A DNA stretch of 63,744 bases, counting the filler, from Reticulomyxa filosa (taxonomy: Eukaryota > Protista > Foraminifera), in the NCBI GenBank assembly GCA_000512085.1. It is 21 parts of 21 records of this genome, joined end to end, with 100 filler letters (N's around TTAATTAATTAA, not from the genome) between each part and the next. Parts side by side here need not be neighbours in the genome. Positions count along the whole stretch, not along the records: positions 61,959 to 63,744 come from ASPP01011479.1; 20 more parts are not named here. One strand, 5' to 3'. Within the stretch, counting starts at the first letter, position 1. Every line of letters begins with the position of its first letter. Shown here in pieces: positions 61,959 through 63,744 of the stretch. The translations under genes were made by a program, and so were the position numbers. The notes below the pieces were generated by a model. It had not been told where the DNA came from, did no database searches, and was given only the letters and a program-made list of their open reading frames with translations.

Positions 61959-63744
61959 TTTTTTTTTTTTGCAACATGTGCAAAGTGGAAACTCAACTCT
62001 CTGTCATCAACAAACGCTTTGATTCCAACTTTCTTCAGGCGTTCAACAAAGTCGTGACACAATTGATTGGTTGCATCTTGCTTGTTATCTGTGGTCTTAA
62101 AATGAATCGGAATAATAACTACTTGCCATTGAGCAACCCGAGGAGGCAATACAAGTCCTTTGTTATCCGAGTGCGACATAATCATGACCCCGATCGATCT
62201 TGTTGTGAATCCCCAACTATTTTGAACCACATACTTGGGTTCATTTTTCTCATCCAAGTATTTAATGTTGAACATTTTGGCAAAGTTCTCTCCTAAGCAA
62301 TGGCTTGTCGCGCCTTGGATTCCCCTTCCAGAGCCAGAAATATATGCCTCTACAGTTGTGGATAAGTCTGCGCCAGGAAACGTTTCCCCTTTTGTTTTTT
62401 TTCCTTTAATGGTTGGAATTGCGCAAACGTCTCTGTACGTGCGGGCATACATATCCAATATTTCGTACACTTCTTTCAATGCTGATTCCATAGTGGGATG
62501 GGCTGTGTGGCCTTCTTGCCACAAAAACTCTCGCGTTCTCAAAAATGGAGTCGGGTTTTTAAACTCCCATCGCACAACATTGCACCACTGATTGATTTTC
62601 AACGGTAAATCTCGGAATGAACGGATCCAACGGCGAAACATTGGATACATGATTGTTTCCTTTTCATATGTTTATATATGTATATGCACATGTATATAAA
62701 TAACAACATATGAAAACGTTTTTAAATCACTTGCTCTCCTTGCCCTCTTTTTTAAAATTTTAATTCTAATGTTGAAGTGCAACTGGTTATAATTCGGATT
62801 TGTTTTACAAAACTGAGGTCGGTCGAACAGCCAATTTCTTTTCCAAGGGCGTGTTTCCAGAGTGTGTCACCCAAGCCACCTCGGGACTGAAATCTTCAAA
62901 GTGCTTGGCCTCACTTTTGAGCGCATCTTCGGAGACGAACAAAGGAAAGTATGTGTTGGAGACTCCCATTTTTTTGATTTCCTCGTCCATAAAGTTTTTG
63001 ATGCATTCCCACATGAAATACGAAGCAGGACGCAAGACATAGCATCCACTGATATCAGTGTAATCTATCAACTCACATTTGATCACCAGCTCTTTGAACC
63101 ATTCTCCAAATTCGGTGAATTTGTCATGGGTTATTCCTTCTTGTTCACTACTCCCTGTCTTTTGCTCTTTCGCATCTTTCACCACGGGTTGTTGTGATGC
63201 TGCCTTTTTGGGCTTTTGTGTTACCGATGCTGCCTTTGCATCGTCCAAGTACTTCTTCGCATCTTTTTTTTTTTTTTTTTAAGTCAATCACAACAATGCG
63301 TGTTTTTTTTTTCTTTATTTATTTTCATAACGCATTATAAATATATAATATAATGCATATTGTTACAAACGTTTTCTGGACGCAACTTTCTCCAAAGAAA
63401 TTGTCCATGTCGACATACTGAAGGGGATTACCATAAGCGGCACAGTATTTCTCAAGGTCGCTGGGCTTAATCCCGACTGTGGCTTCATTGGTTCCAGGAT
63501 AAATGTTCAAATACTCTGCGTTTTGCAAAGCAGTGTCAACGATGACTTGAACTTCTTTGTGTCCGTCAAATATCACTGCCAATGGAGTCACGCATCCATG
63601 AGGCATTGACAAGTAATATTCCGCATCCGCACTTCTCAGTCCACCTCCGACTCCCTTATTATTATTATTATTTCACATTTGGTTTTCTTCCATTGGTGTT
63701 GCTGCATTAAAAAAAAAAGAACACACAAACATAGACAAACCAAA
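61959..63744 (-). CDS. ProRS: Prolyl-tRNA synthetase (eukaryotic/archaeal type) with N-terminal YbaK/ProX editing domain, truncated at both ends
   Basis: [21 protein letters not shown] (ProX). Catalytic motifs [80 protein letters not shown]. Confidence 0.97.

Noticed and set aside
1-63744. rRNA, tRNA or CRISPR loci
   Set aside because: None were recognised by eye. Small ncRNAs cannot be excluded without a covariance-model search.

Overview
This window is not one locus. It is 21 unrelated short contigs joined by 20 identical 100-nt artificial spacers (N44-TTAATTAATTAA-N44), so gene neighbourhoods mean something only within a contig. Twenty contigs come from an AT-rich, intron-rich protist. 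I infer a foraminiferan such as Reticulomyxa filosa, from the characteristic expanded and decaying WD40, RING-WD40 and kelch families. One contig (39076-40078) is GC-rich betaproteobacterial DNA carrying hemW-ridA and a terminator. Recognisable eukaryotic genes are: CANT1-type apyrase, YKT6, ICMT, PKG, a CMGC-like kinase, a patatin lipase, WDR82, a histidine phosphatase, a transcription-type cyclin, a SUN-domain protein, a PPR protein, a Ulp1 protease, a NEURL4-type ADP-ribosyltransferase, a RhoGAP, CFAP251, RPC9, a SAM protein, an RRM protein, SRP19 and ProX-fused ProRS. Mobile DNA invisible to the ORF track includes two non-LTR retrotransposon relics and the 3' end of an LTR retrotransposon (integrase tail, PPT, 225-bp LTR). 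The most interesting signals are: (1) many introns end in poly(A)-AG instead of a polypyrimidine tract; (2) a dynein stalk/microtubule-binding domain with no motor around it; (3) a lamin/intermediate-filament-like protein start; (4) a NEURL4-type ART with no NHR domains. Many single-base frameshifts sit in homopolymers and are probably sequencing errors. Family calls come from motifs recognised by eye, not from database searches, and exon boundaries are approximate.
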